The position numbers were made by a program, and so were the translations under genes. Source: Camelus dromedarius (lineage: Eukaryota). From it: DNA of 64,000 nucleotides. The DNA lies in NCBI RefSeq assembly GCF_036321535.1, contig NC_087437.1, positions 96,164,001-96,228,000 of the forward strand, read 5' to 3'. Below are positions 49,915 to 63,732 of the stretch, piece after piece; the stretch's first letter is position 1; each line of letters starts with the position of its first letter. The notes below the pieces were generated by a model that worked only from the letters and a program-made list of their open reading frames with translations, ran no database searches and was not told where the DNA came from.

Positions 49915-52900
49915 CTGAAGAATTTAAATAAAGAAGAAATAGAAAAAAAGTGAATAGGAAGTTAGTGTATAACTTTGCCTTAGGGAAATCTCCATTTTCT
50001 GCTGTGTAAAGAAGCAAAACACATTCAGGCCAAATTCTCTCAGATCATTTAAGTGTGTAAGTTTACATTTGATTCTTGATAGTTGCTTTTACAATCTGAG
50101 GTGTTAATCCACTAGTGTTCTTTGATAAATATGTTAAATCCTCTGACACATTAAAAAAATATCAGCACTGAGTAGCATTTTTTTTTAACCTTTCTTCTAA
50201 GCAGTCAAATATAATTTTCCACATTACGGGGACCAGCCACAGTAAAAGTCAGTGTGTAATTTTTTGCCTAAATAGAGTGAATGAAAGGCATCCTGCTGGG
50301 AGTTGGAGTCTGTACCCTGCAAGGTATTTCTACATCTCCCCACTAGTTAAAATCTTCCCTTTGGTGGTTCAAATCTACCTATGGTGGTTAAGAAGACTTG
50401 GAATGAAGCAGGAAAAAGAAAATGATGAAATGAAATTTTGCCTGCTTTACAATTCTACTTTGGATCAGTCTAGCATTAATACAATGTATGTTTCTTCATA
50501 CATATAAAATGCATCAGATGTTTAAGTATAATCAAAGATCACACTTGGGGTTTGACATAAATGAAGGCATCTTTTGGTACAAATTAATTTAAATACTGAT
50601 CCCAAAGTAGACTTTTGTTTATTTGAAAAAAAAAGATTATTGTTATCATAGATCAATAATAACATTTTGAGATTATATAGATATTACCATGTAGTAAAAA
50701 GTGGAAATATTAGACTTTTCATTTTTGTGAGTAAAATCACATTGCTTTAACTTTACTGAGTTCAGTTTTTCGTTACTTGTTAAAGTATAAGATTCTCAGA
50801 GAAATTTTTATGGAAACTAAAATATAAACAGAACCAGTACACATAGAATATTTTCTCTAAAATTTTCATGAAACAATTCCAGGAAAAATAGCCCTGTACA
50901 GAATCTCTGTGCTCTCAAAATGGATCATTAGCTCACGCATGAAATGTCAGAAATTTAAACATATGGCCAATACATACTACACCAATCATTCCTATTTAAA
51001 ATGCTCATATCCTCTAAGTTGTATAAAGACAAGAATATAAAAATTTTAAAAGGTGGAGGGTAGGATATTTATGAAGTGAAATATGTAGACAATATCACCA
51101 AATCAAATATACAATGGTAAGTCCTGGTGGTTTGGATTTTCAGTTGCTTCTCACCTAGAGTTGAACAGCAGTTGCTGGAAGGCAAATTATTAGCTGAAGG
51201 TGAAGCCATTCTGAGAGTCAGCCATCTATCAATTAAGTATAAAGGTTTAGAAAGGCTGCTCTCTGGCTTGGCCTTATTCCAAAATATTTGAAGGGCACAG
51301 CACTTCTGAGTTAGCAGTTCTTCTACAAGCAGATGGGTATCAATCACAATGAGAAATGATCATAGGAAATGTATTATTCTTGTCAAGCTCAAAGACCTAT
51401 AGCTATTTTCAAATTAAATCACAGGTTTTGTAAAGAACTGCTGTTTTAAAATAAAAAAGAAGAAAAAGAAGGCTGTGTGATATATTTTTTACTAAAAACA
51501 CAAGCCAACTAATTACAAGAGCTATGCTAATTCGAAGGAGTGAGAGAATGGAAAGGTATGGAGGGTAAAAGTACACCACTACAAATGTGGTATCTTAGAA
51601 CTTTGCACTGACTGAAGTGACTAGCATGGTCAGCTTTTCATTACTTTCACTAAAGTCAAGCAAAGAGATTAACACAAAATAGTCCTTGAATTAAATCAGG
51701 TCTCTTATTTTTTATATGATTTACATGAGTGTGCCACAGAGATGAAATGGAACATAGTGATTGACTAGACAGGTTGATGGACTATACCTTTAGGGGGATG
51801 AAAGTAGAGGACAGGACTGCAAAACAAGAGGTTAGGTTAAAGCATCATTAACTTGCAAGACTCTGACACTCGGCAGTTACTGTCCAGCAACACGTTCCGG
51901 GAAGAATCCCTCACTGGTAGGTGACACAGCACCCGGATGACAAAGTGTAAGGCAGCAGGCATCAGTAGCCAATGAGAAATGAGAATGGCAGAGCAATAGC
52001 AAGTCACAAAGCATGGAAGCCCCTTTTCAATGGAAACACTACATTGCTTTCTCCAGTCCTGGGAATTTATTCTAACCAGTAACTAATAAACTGTATTTTC
52101 ACAAGACAGAGAGACAGGAGCCACAATGTGATAGTCAAATGATCATATTTAAATACTGTCAAATAACAAGCAAGACAACCAAGTGGGTGTTAATTCCTTT
52201 CATTTTACACTATTTAGACATTCTCAGAAGCTTACAAGCCTAAAAGCTACATCAGCCGGTAAGCTTAATAAGCAATGAAGCCTCTGTCAAAAAATCACTT
52301 AAGACATTTATACTTCTTACAAAGTTAAAATTAGAAACAGAGGACTGAATAAAATGTCTCAAAAATTGTAAAATATTTGTAGGACAATGGTAAGTTAAAA
52401 TTGTTCCCTTGCAGATTCTAGAAAATGTGAAATATTGTGAGACAATTTCTTTGTATGATCATTGTTATTAGAGAAAATTCTTAAAATGCATTGCAATTTA
52501 AACTGTAATTGAGCATAGCTTCAGTTTTGAGTTCATTTTTCAATCACTGATTTGACAATTTTCTCTCTTTCTCTATACCTGGGAAGTACTTGAAAGCCAC
52601 AATTTTGGACATCCTTCAAGTTCCTATTATGGGTTCTAAGAAGAAAACATTTTTGCAAACAAGTAAAACATGTAGCAGCTTCTTTTTCTGCTTCTTTTGC
52701 TTCTCCTTTTCCTCTAAAACACTGATCGGTTACTTTGAAATAGACATCCTATTTAAGTGACTAGTAAATTCATGTCTTGTCAGTCTTATTAATTCTGGTG
52801 AGTTTTTTTTTTTTTTTGCTTGTTGGTATATTTTCCATCTGAGACACATTTCCTACTGTAATTTGTATCATAAATTATTAGAATAAAACCCTAAATATCA

Positions 52901-52982
52901 AATCTTTTCTTTTTTTCAGAGCATTTTAGGAATGTTCTTGCTTAAATCCACTTTTCACACAATGGTTTCCTAGCATGCAAAG

Positions 52983-53027
52983 TGTGAGTGTGTGAGTGTG
53001 TGTGTATGTGTGTGTGTGTGTGTGTGT
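52983..53027. repeat. Interrupted (GT)n microsatellite
   Basis: GTGTGAGTGTGTGAGTGTGTGTGTATGTGTG... run. Confidence 0.93.
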
Positions 53028-53294
53028 TGAGGAAACAGTTGGGAAAAATGGCTAAGCACTTTATCAGCATGCACTCTTCTTATACTTCATTGGAGATATA
53101 AGCAAAAAGATTGCCTTATGGTCATAATGTGATACAGCAAAGAGCAATGCATTAAAGCATATTGTTTATAATTGTTTAAATCAAGCCCCAAACATCCATT
53201 CATTCACTCATTCATCATTCCATTCCATTCCTTCCCTTGTATTTTGTATATTCCTAAAGATAAGACATTTCTTTAGCTGAAAATAGCCTCTTAC

Positions 53295-53477
53295 CAGCGT
53301 AATTACTGAGTCCCTTTCTCTTCTTTCTCCGCCAGTACAACCAGATGCTAAAACCCATCAGAATTACCCAGCAGGCACCACCAATGCCAGCTATAAAGGC
53401 TGGTTGCTTCACAACATCAGTGATTTGCTCAGTTATGCTGTTATTGTTTTCAGTGATGACAACCTCATTTCGTCCCC
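53295..53477 (-). CDS. ROBO2: ROBO2 transmembrane exon (183 nt): [10 protein letters not shown]...[36 protein letters not shown]
   Basis: Acceptor ccacag|GG, donor CTG|gtaaga; hydrophobic helix followed by basic stop-transfer RRKKRK; phase 1 to 1. Confidence 0.98.
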
Positions 53478-54849
53478 CTGTGGAAGAAACAATAGTGTTA
53501 GTAAATATTAAGGCAAAAATAAACACAAAAATACATACCTCATGTGCCAAAGGCAGAGAAGATTAGAGAGTTTCTTGAAGTAGGTAATCTTTGTTCTGTC
53601 CTGATCTTGTCACAATTTATTGATAAGCATATTTTATAAGTTTCAAAAGAATAATCAAATTATGAGTTTGAAGTGTGATTCAGAACATTGCTCCTGTGTG
53701 TTTTGTTTTGCTGTGGACAGATTCAGAATCACTTCTTGATTTACCACCTCACAAATCAGTACTAAAACAAGGGCTGTGAGCTGAAATAACAGTAACTCTT
53801 CTTTAGCTATGTAAAACATTTTGTAAAATAATTCTCATGAAGGAAAAGCATCTACAACATGTAACACAAGGTATTTGCAAATTACCTTTCCCTTTAGCAC
53901 TGCCTGAATGCAAATGTTAATGATCCACAAAAATATTGCCCTTAATATTCTACCAGAGAATTTATTTTGATCAAACATTCTTTAATTTTCTGGATGGTAT
54001 TAAAATACTATATAAAACTATAATAATTATGTAAACATCTTTTTATAGATATTAATATCTATAGTTAAAATGTCACCAAAAGATAAAACTCGTATATACC
54101 CTTAAAGAATTTGAAACTAATTTGAAAACCCAAGTGGATGTTGGATCCAAACAAGTTAAAATTAGTTCTAAGGTCTATATAACAAAAACATACATTTAAA
54201 TGTGGAGTAAGATTATTCTAGAAGTAGTCATGTTTTTGACAATTTAGACTTAAGAGACAATAAAGAAAGTCTCAATCCACATTTTTTTAACAGGTTTAAA
54301 ACTCAAGGAATCATATCATTGAAGAGCAAGGATTTAGATGTTTATTTAACAGATTAATAAATTCAGACATGGAGAATTAAGTGATTTCTTACATCAATAT
54401 CATGATGAGTTTTAGTGGCTAGTCAAAGACTTTAAAAATAAATTGTAAGCAAAATATAAATGGCAAATTTTAGCATATCACATCAAAGGAATGTGTGACT
54501 TTCATTGTATTAGTTATCATGGTACTGTAATAGATTAGAAAGAGCAAGGCTTTGAAGTTCCACATTTGCATATCATCTCTGCCACTTACTGGCTAAGTAA
54601 GCAGTGAGCTTATGTAGGACACTTAATCTTTTTAAATCCCTGTTTCTGTTAGTTGGCAACAGTACTATTTCATACATTTGGGAAGGTTAATTGAGATGAT
54701 GTATGCAAAGTAGTTAATAGGAAACCAGGAATTTGTGACTCAAAAGTATGGCCCACTTAAGGCTAGGAGTTACTTTAAGAGCCACTCAGTAATTCCAGGA
54801 ATATAAGTTGTAAATTACCTAGATAAGCGAGTCCTACAAACAACAGGTG

Positions 54850-55270
54850 TCTTGTTTACCATGGTTTCTCCAATTTCCAAGGCAGAAAGTTAGCCTATAT
54901 TTCCTAGCCTCCCTTGTAGTTGAGTGCAACAAAGTGACCGGATATTGGCCAGGGGTGGGCAGGCAGATAGATGCATACTACCTCTGGACCTGACCCATAC
55001 ACTGCTGTGACAGGACATCACACTCTCTCTTTCCTAAATGTTGGGTAGAAACTAGGTATCTGTTGGAGAATGCTGATCCACTAAGAGATGGTAGATCTAT
55101 TGACTGGAAGGATCCAACTTCCCTAAAAACTTTATGGAGTAGAAACCCTGGCCTCCATTACTGCTGACCCATTTTAGACTGAGCTATGAACAAAAAAGGA
55201 AACATTTAAGCCAATCAGAATGCCTGCTTGTTTTGTTACAGCTGCTGGTATTTTTTATACATATTAATAT
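54850..55270 (+). mobile_element. MaLR LTR (MLT1J/K-like), next to a MIR at about 54525-54730
   Basis: ATTTCCTAGCCTCCCTTGTAGTT and 3' TTAAGCCA...TTTGTTACAGCTGC motifs; boundaries approximate. Confidence 0.6.
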
Positions 55271-57829
55271 TCCTTTCCTGAAATGTATTCCATGTTAAAT
55301 ATCAGATTTAAAAACTAGCATCCCCTGTGTAGTAAACCTGATTTGTTTTCCTAATCTATCTGTTCTTATTATACATACAAACATATTATTATTATTATAC
55401 ATATAAACATAGTCAAAAATGTATTTACAATGAGCTCATATTTTCAATATGAGACATACACATATCTGGTGACTGTCCTAAATACTAGTAGTTACTAAAA
55501 AGAAAACACCTTATAGCACAAAGAAAAGGAAATCTGTCTGTGCAAAAGGTGTATAAAATTCATATTTAACACAGTGGAATATTTATGAAACCCAAGGTGT
55601 ATTACTATTTCTTATGCTGCTAGTATTTTTAAAACAATGTTGTCATTTGGACTAATTAAAGCACAGACAAGGGATGTGTGTGACCTGTAACGCACCACTG
55701 TTCTTACAGACAAAAAAATATAATGAAATATAATGTCTTTCTCCCATTGGAGAGTAACAAAGAACAAAACTAATTTGTTGGACTAAAAATTAGACACATC
55801 AGATTCGATTGTACCTATTACTGTGAAAATTTGCAGCTGTTTCACATATTACCAACTATGTAAGGTAAGTGTGAACTGGCCACATGATTAAAGAAACAAC
55901 AGGTATGTTATTAAGCAAACTTACTGAGAATTTTAAGTCAACGTATGTTTGTTATATGACTTGCTGTTTGATGCTTACATACGTAAATGTATTTGGTTGC
56001 ATTTATGCATGTGTGTAATTGCAGCAATAAAGAATTACGGACATTTTGATGGAAAAGTTATCTTATCAGTGGAAACTTCCGACAAAAGAATACTACTACT
56101 TTTAAGCCTGTGTAAGGCTGTTTATGATGTTTATACAATATTTTAATGAATGGTCCCTTAATGTAACTTTCTGGAATAAAAACTAAACAGAGAAGGAATA
56201 GATGAAACAGTACATGGTCTGGCATAAGACAAATCTAAAATTATCAGCCATAAATTACAACAAATGCCAATACATGATTTAATTAAAGCAAAAGGAAATG
56301 AGGGAGAGCTTGAGTCACTTCAAGTGCTGTTTCCAGGACTGAACAGACAACAGGGAAAGAATAAAGTGAAAGAGAAGAGGAGATCAGCAATCACTAAATC
56401 AATTTTCAACTAAGGAAAAACAGTTGTGTAGTAAGGTTATCAGACAAGATGTTAAGGTAGATATGCAGGCGTAAATAAAGAAACAATTAAAGGCTTCTTC
56501 AGTACAGCAGTAGACATTAAAAAGAAATAAATCTCTCGAGGACAAACAGACTTTTCCAGGATGAACTGTGCTTATGTGTACGTGTGTGTTTATTTCAAGT
56601 GGTACAGTTCTACTTGTTTTTGATTATGTCTTGAACATTGTGTATTTGAATGACATGAATAGGAGATAGAAATATTACTTACTGGATTATTTTTTATTTC
56701 ATAGAAAAATCTGAAAAGTTGTATGATATATAAACAAATGAAGAGGTATTTGTATCCATGTCAACACTTAGTCTTTTTAAAATGATACAAGAAGTAAGCA
56801 AAACTTTCCATTTGATTTAAAATAGTCTAAATTAACTTTTTTATTATTTTAAGTTACCGTACGACTGCTCATTTCTTAACTGTCATGATATGAGCTTAGG
56901 GAAATGGTATTCTTACAATTTTTTTTACTTGCCTCCAAATGCAATCAATCCCCCAAATATTGTGAGGTAGTCAGTACCAATCAAAACCAATACTAAAACT
57001 GAAACCAAAACAAACCAAGTTTCCCATGTTTGAGAGTTATATTTATTGCCTAAGATAATAGAAATGAAAAAGGAAACATGAAAGGGAAGTATAAATATTT
57101 GGTAATCTTACTGATCTTTGATTTAGAAAAATTATATTCAGTCAATCTATTTCATACATATGCTAGAGAGACAGTGGGGGAAAAAGCTGTATTTACCTTT
57201 CTAGGAGTTCTCATAGAAAACTATACCTTTTAAACATTTTTCATTTATAGGTTTTTTTTAAGTGAAAAATTAATGGCTTATTTCTAAATAGCATAAATGG
57301 TCTAAATATTATTTAGAAAATATATAGAAATAAAAATAAGTATATATATATACACACACACATATATATACACTCATTATTATGATATAATATATATGAG
57401 ATATATATATCAGTTAAATCCTTTTGGGTGTACTTGTATTTCTTTCTTATTCCAATTTATTTTAGAAAATCTCAGAAGGGCAAGATTGTAGGTTTCCCTC
57501 AGGTTAAAAATTAATTCAGTCTGTATGACTAATTAAGAAAGGGAAGGCAATTTAAAGAAAAGTTAATACTATAACTTTTTTAATGCTTTTAATATATAAA
57601 ACAAAGAATACTTGGAGAGTCCAAATATTGTTAACATTAAGACTGAGTGTTAACTCGCTTCAAATACAGTAAATAATTTGCAGTAAGAAACAATTTCCCA
57701 GAAATTGGCAGTAGGCTCTGTGTGCATCATTTCAGAAAATAAACAGAAAAGAATGGGAATGGCACATTTGCTTGTATCAAACTCTGGACAAGAATTTTTA
57801 GAATATGTAAACTCTAGGAAGAATATTTA

Positions 57830-60700
57830 AAAAAAATAAAGACACTGACAAACAAATAAAAGCAGGGAGAACTAAAGGGATTTGCCTCTTGAAGAACAAA
57901 ACCACACAAGAAAAGAAATCTGCATTTATGAGGCTTTCTCTCCCCTTAGAGAGCTCACTCCATGTAGTGCTAGGGACCTAGAACCCAAAAGAACATTTCA
58001 ATCTCATTGATAGGAGATGTCAGAGGATAGCGTTCAGAGCTGCCAGGGTGACTAAAAATTAAAGGAGAAACTTGTGAAACTGGGAGCTACCAGAGAGTGA
58101 TGCTCTCAAATCTGTGTATAAATTCTCCCTCAATCCTAGGGTTAACCCTGAAATGTGAAGGCAGAAAGAAGATTTCAAGGATCTTGTAAAAATCAAAAGG
58201 TAAAAGGCTGAAAAAAGCTGAACAGATTTTTCAGCTGATGTCTACTGCGGAGAAGTCTGTCCGAAGTTTAAATTCCATGACTAGATAAACATATTAAGCT
58301 TTTCACTAAAAGTTCAGGAGTGTCATGTCTTAGGAGTAAAGATCAAATGAGGTTTTATCTTAAGAATAAGGTAGAAACATAAACAGTCCTCTAGAACAAA
58401 AACCAACACTTTTTGGAAGATCACAAATTTGTATAGTAAGTCATGTACAACGTCCAGTATATGGTACAAAATTACCAGGATGCAAAAACAAGCAAAACAA
58501 TAACAATGACAACAAGAACAATGAGGAAAAAATGACCCAAGATCAAGAGGAAAAGTAATCAATAGAAATAGACCATGAGATGACACAGATGTTGTAATTA
58601 GGAGAAAAAGACTTTAAAGCAGCTATTATGATATGTTCATGAACTTAAATTAATAGAGTCATAGTGAATGAACAAAAGGAAAATTCCAGAGGGAAATGGA
58701 AAATGTAAAAGAAAATAAATGGGCATTCTAGAACAGAAGATGTATTATATGGACTGGGTAATTCACGGGATACTTCCACTTCTGCCCATGAAGAAATAAC
58801 AGGAATGAGACATGTGATCCCATCATAAACAAGCAAAAAACTAGGCAAAATACGTGAAACAAAGCAGGACTATGAGAAAAGGAAAACGAACAAGGGGAAT
58901 CTTATTATATTCAAAGTTTTCAATCTGGAGACAATTTGTAAAATGGGATGCACTGAAAGGGAATCCAAACATGGCTGAACAGCATTCCTAAGTTAAAGAG
59001 ATAGAGGAACTCAGGGATACTGAAGGGGTTGAATGAAACAAAATATCAGATAAAGATGAGTTACATAAAATATTTTTTCTTAGTTTTAATTTATCTGAAA
59101 GATATCTGATTGTTTAAAGTAACACTTTAATGTTTGCATATTGGGTTTTTACTGCATGAGTAGAAATAAAAAGTATAACAATAGCAAAAAGATTGAATGG
59201 AAGGAAAATGAAACTATCTATTCTAAGATTCTTATTTTATAGGCTAATCCTAGAGTAATCATGACAAAAAAGAAGTATACTTAGTAATACGATAGTGAAC
59301 ATAAAAATGCAATACAGAACATTATTTAATTCATCCAAAGGAAGTCAGGAAATTAGGAAAGTACAAATATAAGCAGGTAAAAAAATACACAGAAGAAAGG
59401 TTTTTCTAAGCCCATCAATAATCACATTAAAAATAATAAACACTTCAATTAAAAGACAACAACTGTCACAATTCCAACATAATTTTGTAGAAACTGACAA
59501 GCTGATTTGAAAAGTATATGGAAAAGCAAAAGGTCTGGAATAGCCAAAACAATTTTGCAGAAGAAAATGATGGAGTACTCAACATTACCTGTTTTCAAGA
59601 CTTTTTATAAGCTATAGTAATCAAGACAGTCTGGTTTGGCGTATGGATAGACAAATAACTAAGTGGAACAACATAAGGAATCGAGGAATGCACCCACACA
59701 TATATAGTTAATTGGGGAAAGGAACATTTTTTCAATGAATGATGCCTATGCATTTTGACATACATGTGGAAATAAGTAAGCCTCAACCCTCAAACCACAT
59801 GCAATTACTTTGAGATAAATTATAGACCTAACCATAAAACCTAGAATTATAAAGCTTCTGGAAGAAAATATCCTTGCTATCCAGAAGTGGTAGGACACAG
59901 TTTCTTAGAAAGTACTAAACATGAAAGAAAAATTTGACAAATTGTAGATCACTTAAATTTAAAACTTCTGTTCACCAAAAGACACTATTAAGAAAATGAA
60001 TAGGAAAGATAGAGATTAGGAAAAAATATTTGCAATACAATGTATGGCAGAGAATTTACATCAAAAATGTACAAATGACTCCTCTTAATCAGTAACAAGA
60101 GACAAAGATACCATTTTGAAAAAAGCAAAGACTTGGAAATTCACAAAAGAAAGTATGTGAATGGCCAATAAGCACATGCAAAGTTGCTCAATATCATTAG
60201 TTAGCAAAGAAAAATTGAAGTTAAAGCAATAATGAGGTATTCTTACACTCACTGGAATGGCTAAAGTTACAGACAGCAACATCAAATGTTACAGTGCAGA
60301 AAAATTGCAAGTCATATTCTTTCCTAGTGAAAATGTAAAATTATGCAATTTGAAAAAAATAGCGTTTCTTATAAAGTCAAACTACATTAGTGCTATTACT
60401 CAGAAATTCCACTTCTAGGTATTTCTTCAAAAGAAATAAAAACATATGTCCTCAAAAAAAAATTCTCTCAAGGAAAAAGCAGAGACAAAAATATGATACA
60501 TTCACACAAATGAATACTGTTCAGAAATAAAACATACAAATTGCATAATACATATATGGGTGAATCTCAAAAACATTATGTCTAGTGAAAGAAGCCAGAC
60601 ACAAAATATTATATTCTATATGATTCCATATATATATATATATTTCAAGAAATGTCAAACATAACAGTGATAGGCAGCAATTTTCTGTAATGATGATAGT
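57830..60700 (+). mobile_element. Old fragmented L1 (L1M/L1MC-ME type): 5'/ORF1-like pieces followed by degraded ORF2 and 3' UTR
   Basis: AAAGACTTTAAAGCAGCTATTAT, GAAACTGACAAGCTGATT, AAGCTATAGTAATCAAGACAGT, ATGGCCAATAAGCACATG and GTGAAAGAAGCCAGACACAAAA motifs in L1 order, A-rich plus strand. Confidence 0.8.
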
Positions 60701-61161
60701 AGATTTAAGAGAGATTTCTTCTTTGGGATAGTATATTTGGATTACAAAGTTTCTTCTGGCCTGTTTCTGGTTAATTTTTGACATTTTTCTGGCTAAGAGG
60801 AAGCATATAGATTTGAAACATCATGTGCTTTCTTCAGTAACTGCCTCATTTCCTATTATATTTCAATGGCATCAAAATTACAAATGAAACTATTGATTAA
60901 AAATAATTTTCAAACCAACTTTCAGCATTTAAATTCTTAATGACTACAATGATTTTAAGAAGTTGGTGGAAATTTTAAGACCACGAGCAATTGCTAAACA
61001 TTTTTTGTTAGAAATGCTAGTTAACCTATTTGCTTATGTGATGTACACATCTTAGCACTCATTCTCACCTATCCATTGTTGGGATGCAGGTTCAAAAAAA
61101 CAATCTACCTTGTTACCAGTTGACTGACTCTAAAGCACAGACCATACAGATTGGTACTCAC

Positions 61162-61333
61162 CAACTATTATCGGCTGGGGCTCACTCTTGACTCCAACTC
61201 CTGCACTGGTACTAGCTGCAACCTCTACCCGGTACTGAATACCTGGGAATAATCCACCAATTATTACGGATCGAATGGCTGCATCTACAGTTTTGTTGAT
61301 GTGGAATCGCGTTTCATTCCCCAGACACCAGAT
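61162..61333 (-). CDS. ROBO2: ROBO2 exon (172 nt), second half of third FN3 domain: [57 protein letters not shown]
   Basis: Translated by hand (not in ORF track); acceptor gtatag|ATC, donor TTG|gtgagt; phase 0 to 1. Confidence 0.97.
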
Positions 61334-63607
61334 CTATACAAACGTAAAATGAATAACAAAAGAATATAAAATTATCCTTTCTGGTAATTAGATCATTATA
61401 ATTGATTAAATTTTTTAGTAGTGAACAATCTATTTTCTAGGCTTATTGAAGTATTTGTAAATGACACTTTCTAAGACTTAATTTCTACCATTTATATATA
61501 ATATAATGTATAGATATAGATATGTGTGTGTATTTGTGTATTAAAGGAAGAACAATAAGAAGCTAAAACTATGCAGTGTTCCTTTATATTTTACAATCAA
61601 CACTAAATATTCATAGTACAATGATTCCCTTAACATCTCTGCTAAGTCTGGAAAGTGGTCCTTGGTTGCACACAGCATTCAGGTATAGATTAAAATACAT
61701 AAAATTCCTCTGCTTAATTTACTTATCAAGATTTATTATGCATGTAATCTATTAAAAATATGGTGATTATGAACTTAGTATCCAAAGTATATAGATGCAC
61801 ATCTAAGTAATTTATATTTCATTTAGGAAAATATTAACTTACATATAAATAGTTAACAAGATTAATTGACTTAAGTTACAGGTATTGACTAAGACAAAAT
61901 TAAAGGCAATATTTACATTGACAGTAATAAATCTTAATATTGATCAAAACATATCTACACACATACACATGCATGAGAACAAAGTGGTGAGAAGTCTTTA
62001 AACACTAATGTGAGGAATGCTAGGCTTTTACTTCAAATAAGATTCATATTTTAAGTTACACTTTCTTCTGGGATATGGAAATCTCTTGCTGTAAAATGTG
62101 TTATAAAAATTCTACTGTGTATACTTACTTGTATAATATTATACAGTATTTGCACATGGGGACACATAAGTAGGAACACACAAGACTTGTTTCTGAAACA
62201 GGTTAAGTTCCTAAAATTTTTTCTTGAAAATAACAGTTTTGAATTGTAGATTTCTTTTATTTAATTTATGAAGCTTAAGTTTCTAATGAAGGAATATTCA
62301 GCCCTCACAAAATATACACATTTTTAATAAATGTATAAATCTCGTATGACTAAGAAATTTACAACTTACAAAATAATTACCATGTTGTAAAAAAGATCAG
62401 TATTTAAATAAATGGAAGTTCAGGATATGTAACCCTAAATGACACAAAAGTAAAATCCTAACTTCATTAAAACACACACACCCCAGGGTAGATAACTTTT
62501 TTGCTTTTAAAACAACGTATCCTAACACTTACAAAATTTCAGAACATATATAATTATGCTATTATAAATACACTTATTCTTATTTTCTTATTCACATTTC
62601 TTTATAATGTGATGGGGATAATTTTTTAAAATGCTCTTGCAAATTTAGTCTATTTGCTTCAGTAACTTAGCCATTAACTTAAGAAAATTCTATTTTAAAT
62701 GAATCTTTATTTTTCTTAGAAATAACAATGTTTTGAGTGAAATGATTTGGCTTAATTTCACATACCAACTAGGAATTTCTGGGGTAAGGTGGGGTCTAGT
62801 TTTCTCTTCTAATAGATGTACTTAGTTTGTTATTGTCAGAATTCTATAAATACTTATCAATAGCAAAAAGCCATAGTTTTAAATTTTTACAAGGTTTAAA
62901 TGAGGTGTTTTACTCTCCCATGTTGTCCAGTCACATCACAGTTAATCAGAATTTTACTTCTCAAAGTTAGACACCTTATGTCTCTTAAAAGATGTCTCTC
63001 AAATGATGGCGAAGAAACTGGATATATATTGCTTCTCAACAGCAATAAATTCATCAGTTGAAACACGAGAGTTTTTCAAAATTTGTATTCTCAATGGCTC
63101 TCTTTTTTCAAGTGAAATATTTTACAGAACCTCAATAACATGATCAAAGCAGACCTGGAGTGGAAGCTGGTACGCCCACCCTTATATTCCCATCCCAACT
63201 CTTTAAAGCCTTGAAGCATTGTTTTATGAGAATACGGTTTAAAAACAGCTGCTCTAAGGCCCATTACACAGAAATCTAGTAAAAAAGATAAAGGCATTTT
63301 CTGGGACAGGGCTTCACTATCTACCTTGTACCTCATCTCTCTAAATCTCTGAAGTTCTGCAATCACATTATTCAAAAAAAACCCCACTGCATTGTTATGG
63401 TTTACTTGTCCAACTGAGTCTGAGTTATCTGTGACCCTGGAGGTAGGATATATGCATTTGTCTCTTTACGTGTTGCACAAAGATATAAAAAATTAATTTA
63501 CACTCAAGTTAATAAGGGAGCCACTAGAAATGTTCTTCATCCATGTGACCCTGAGACTTCTCTGGGAACTGTCATCTGTGGACCTTCCTTCTTCATCCAG
63601 GCCCTAC

Positions 63608-63732
63608 CTTGTATTCTTGGATAATTCCATTCTGATGATCTGGTGGAGGAGGATCCCAGGAAACACTAATACTTGTGCTATTGTGGCTTCCGACTGTCAG
63701 GACAGTGACAGATTGTGGAGGGGCACTTGGGG
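63608..63732 (-). CDS. ROBO2: ROBO2 exon (125 nt), first half of third FN3 domain: (A)[41 protein letters not shown]
   Basis: Acceptor ctccacag|CC, donor AAG|gtaggg; phase 1 to 0; matches ORF 63593..63817. Confidence 0.97.

Noticed and set aside
53254..53294. Read-through of the TM exon giving a tail-less receptor ([13 protein letters not shown])
   Set aside because: The donor gtaaga is strong, and a short open stretch into an intron is expected by chance.
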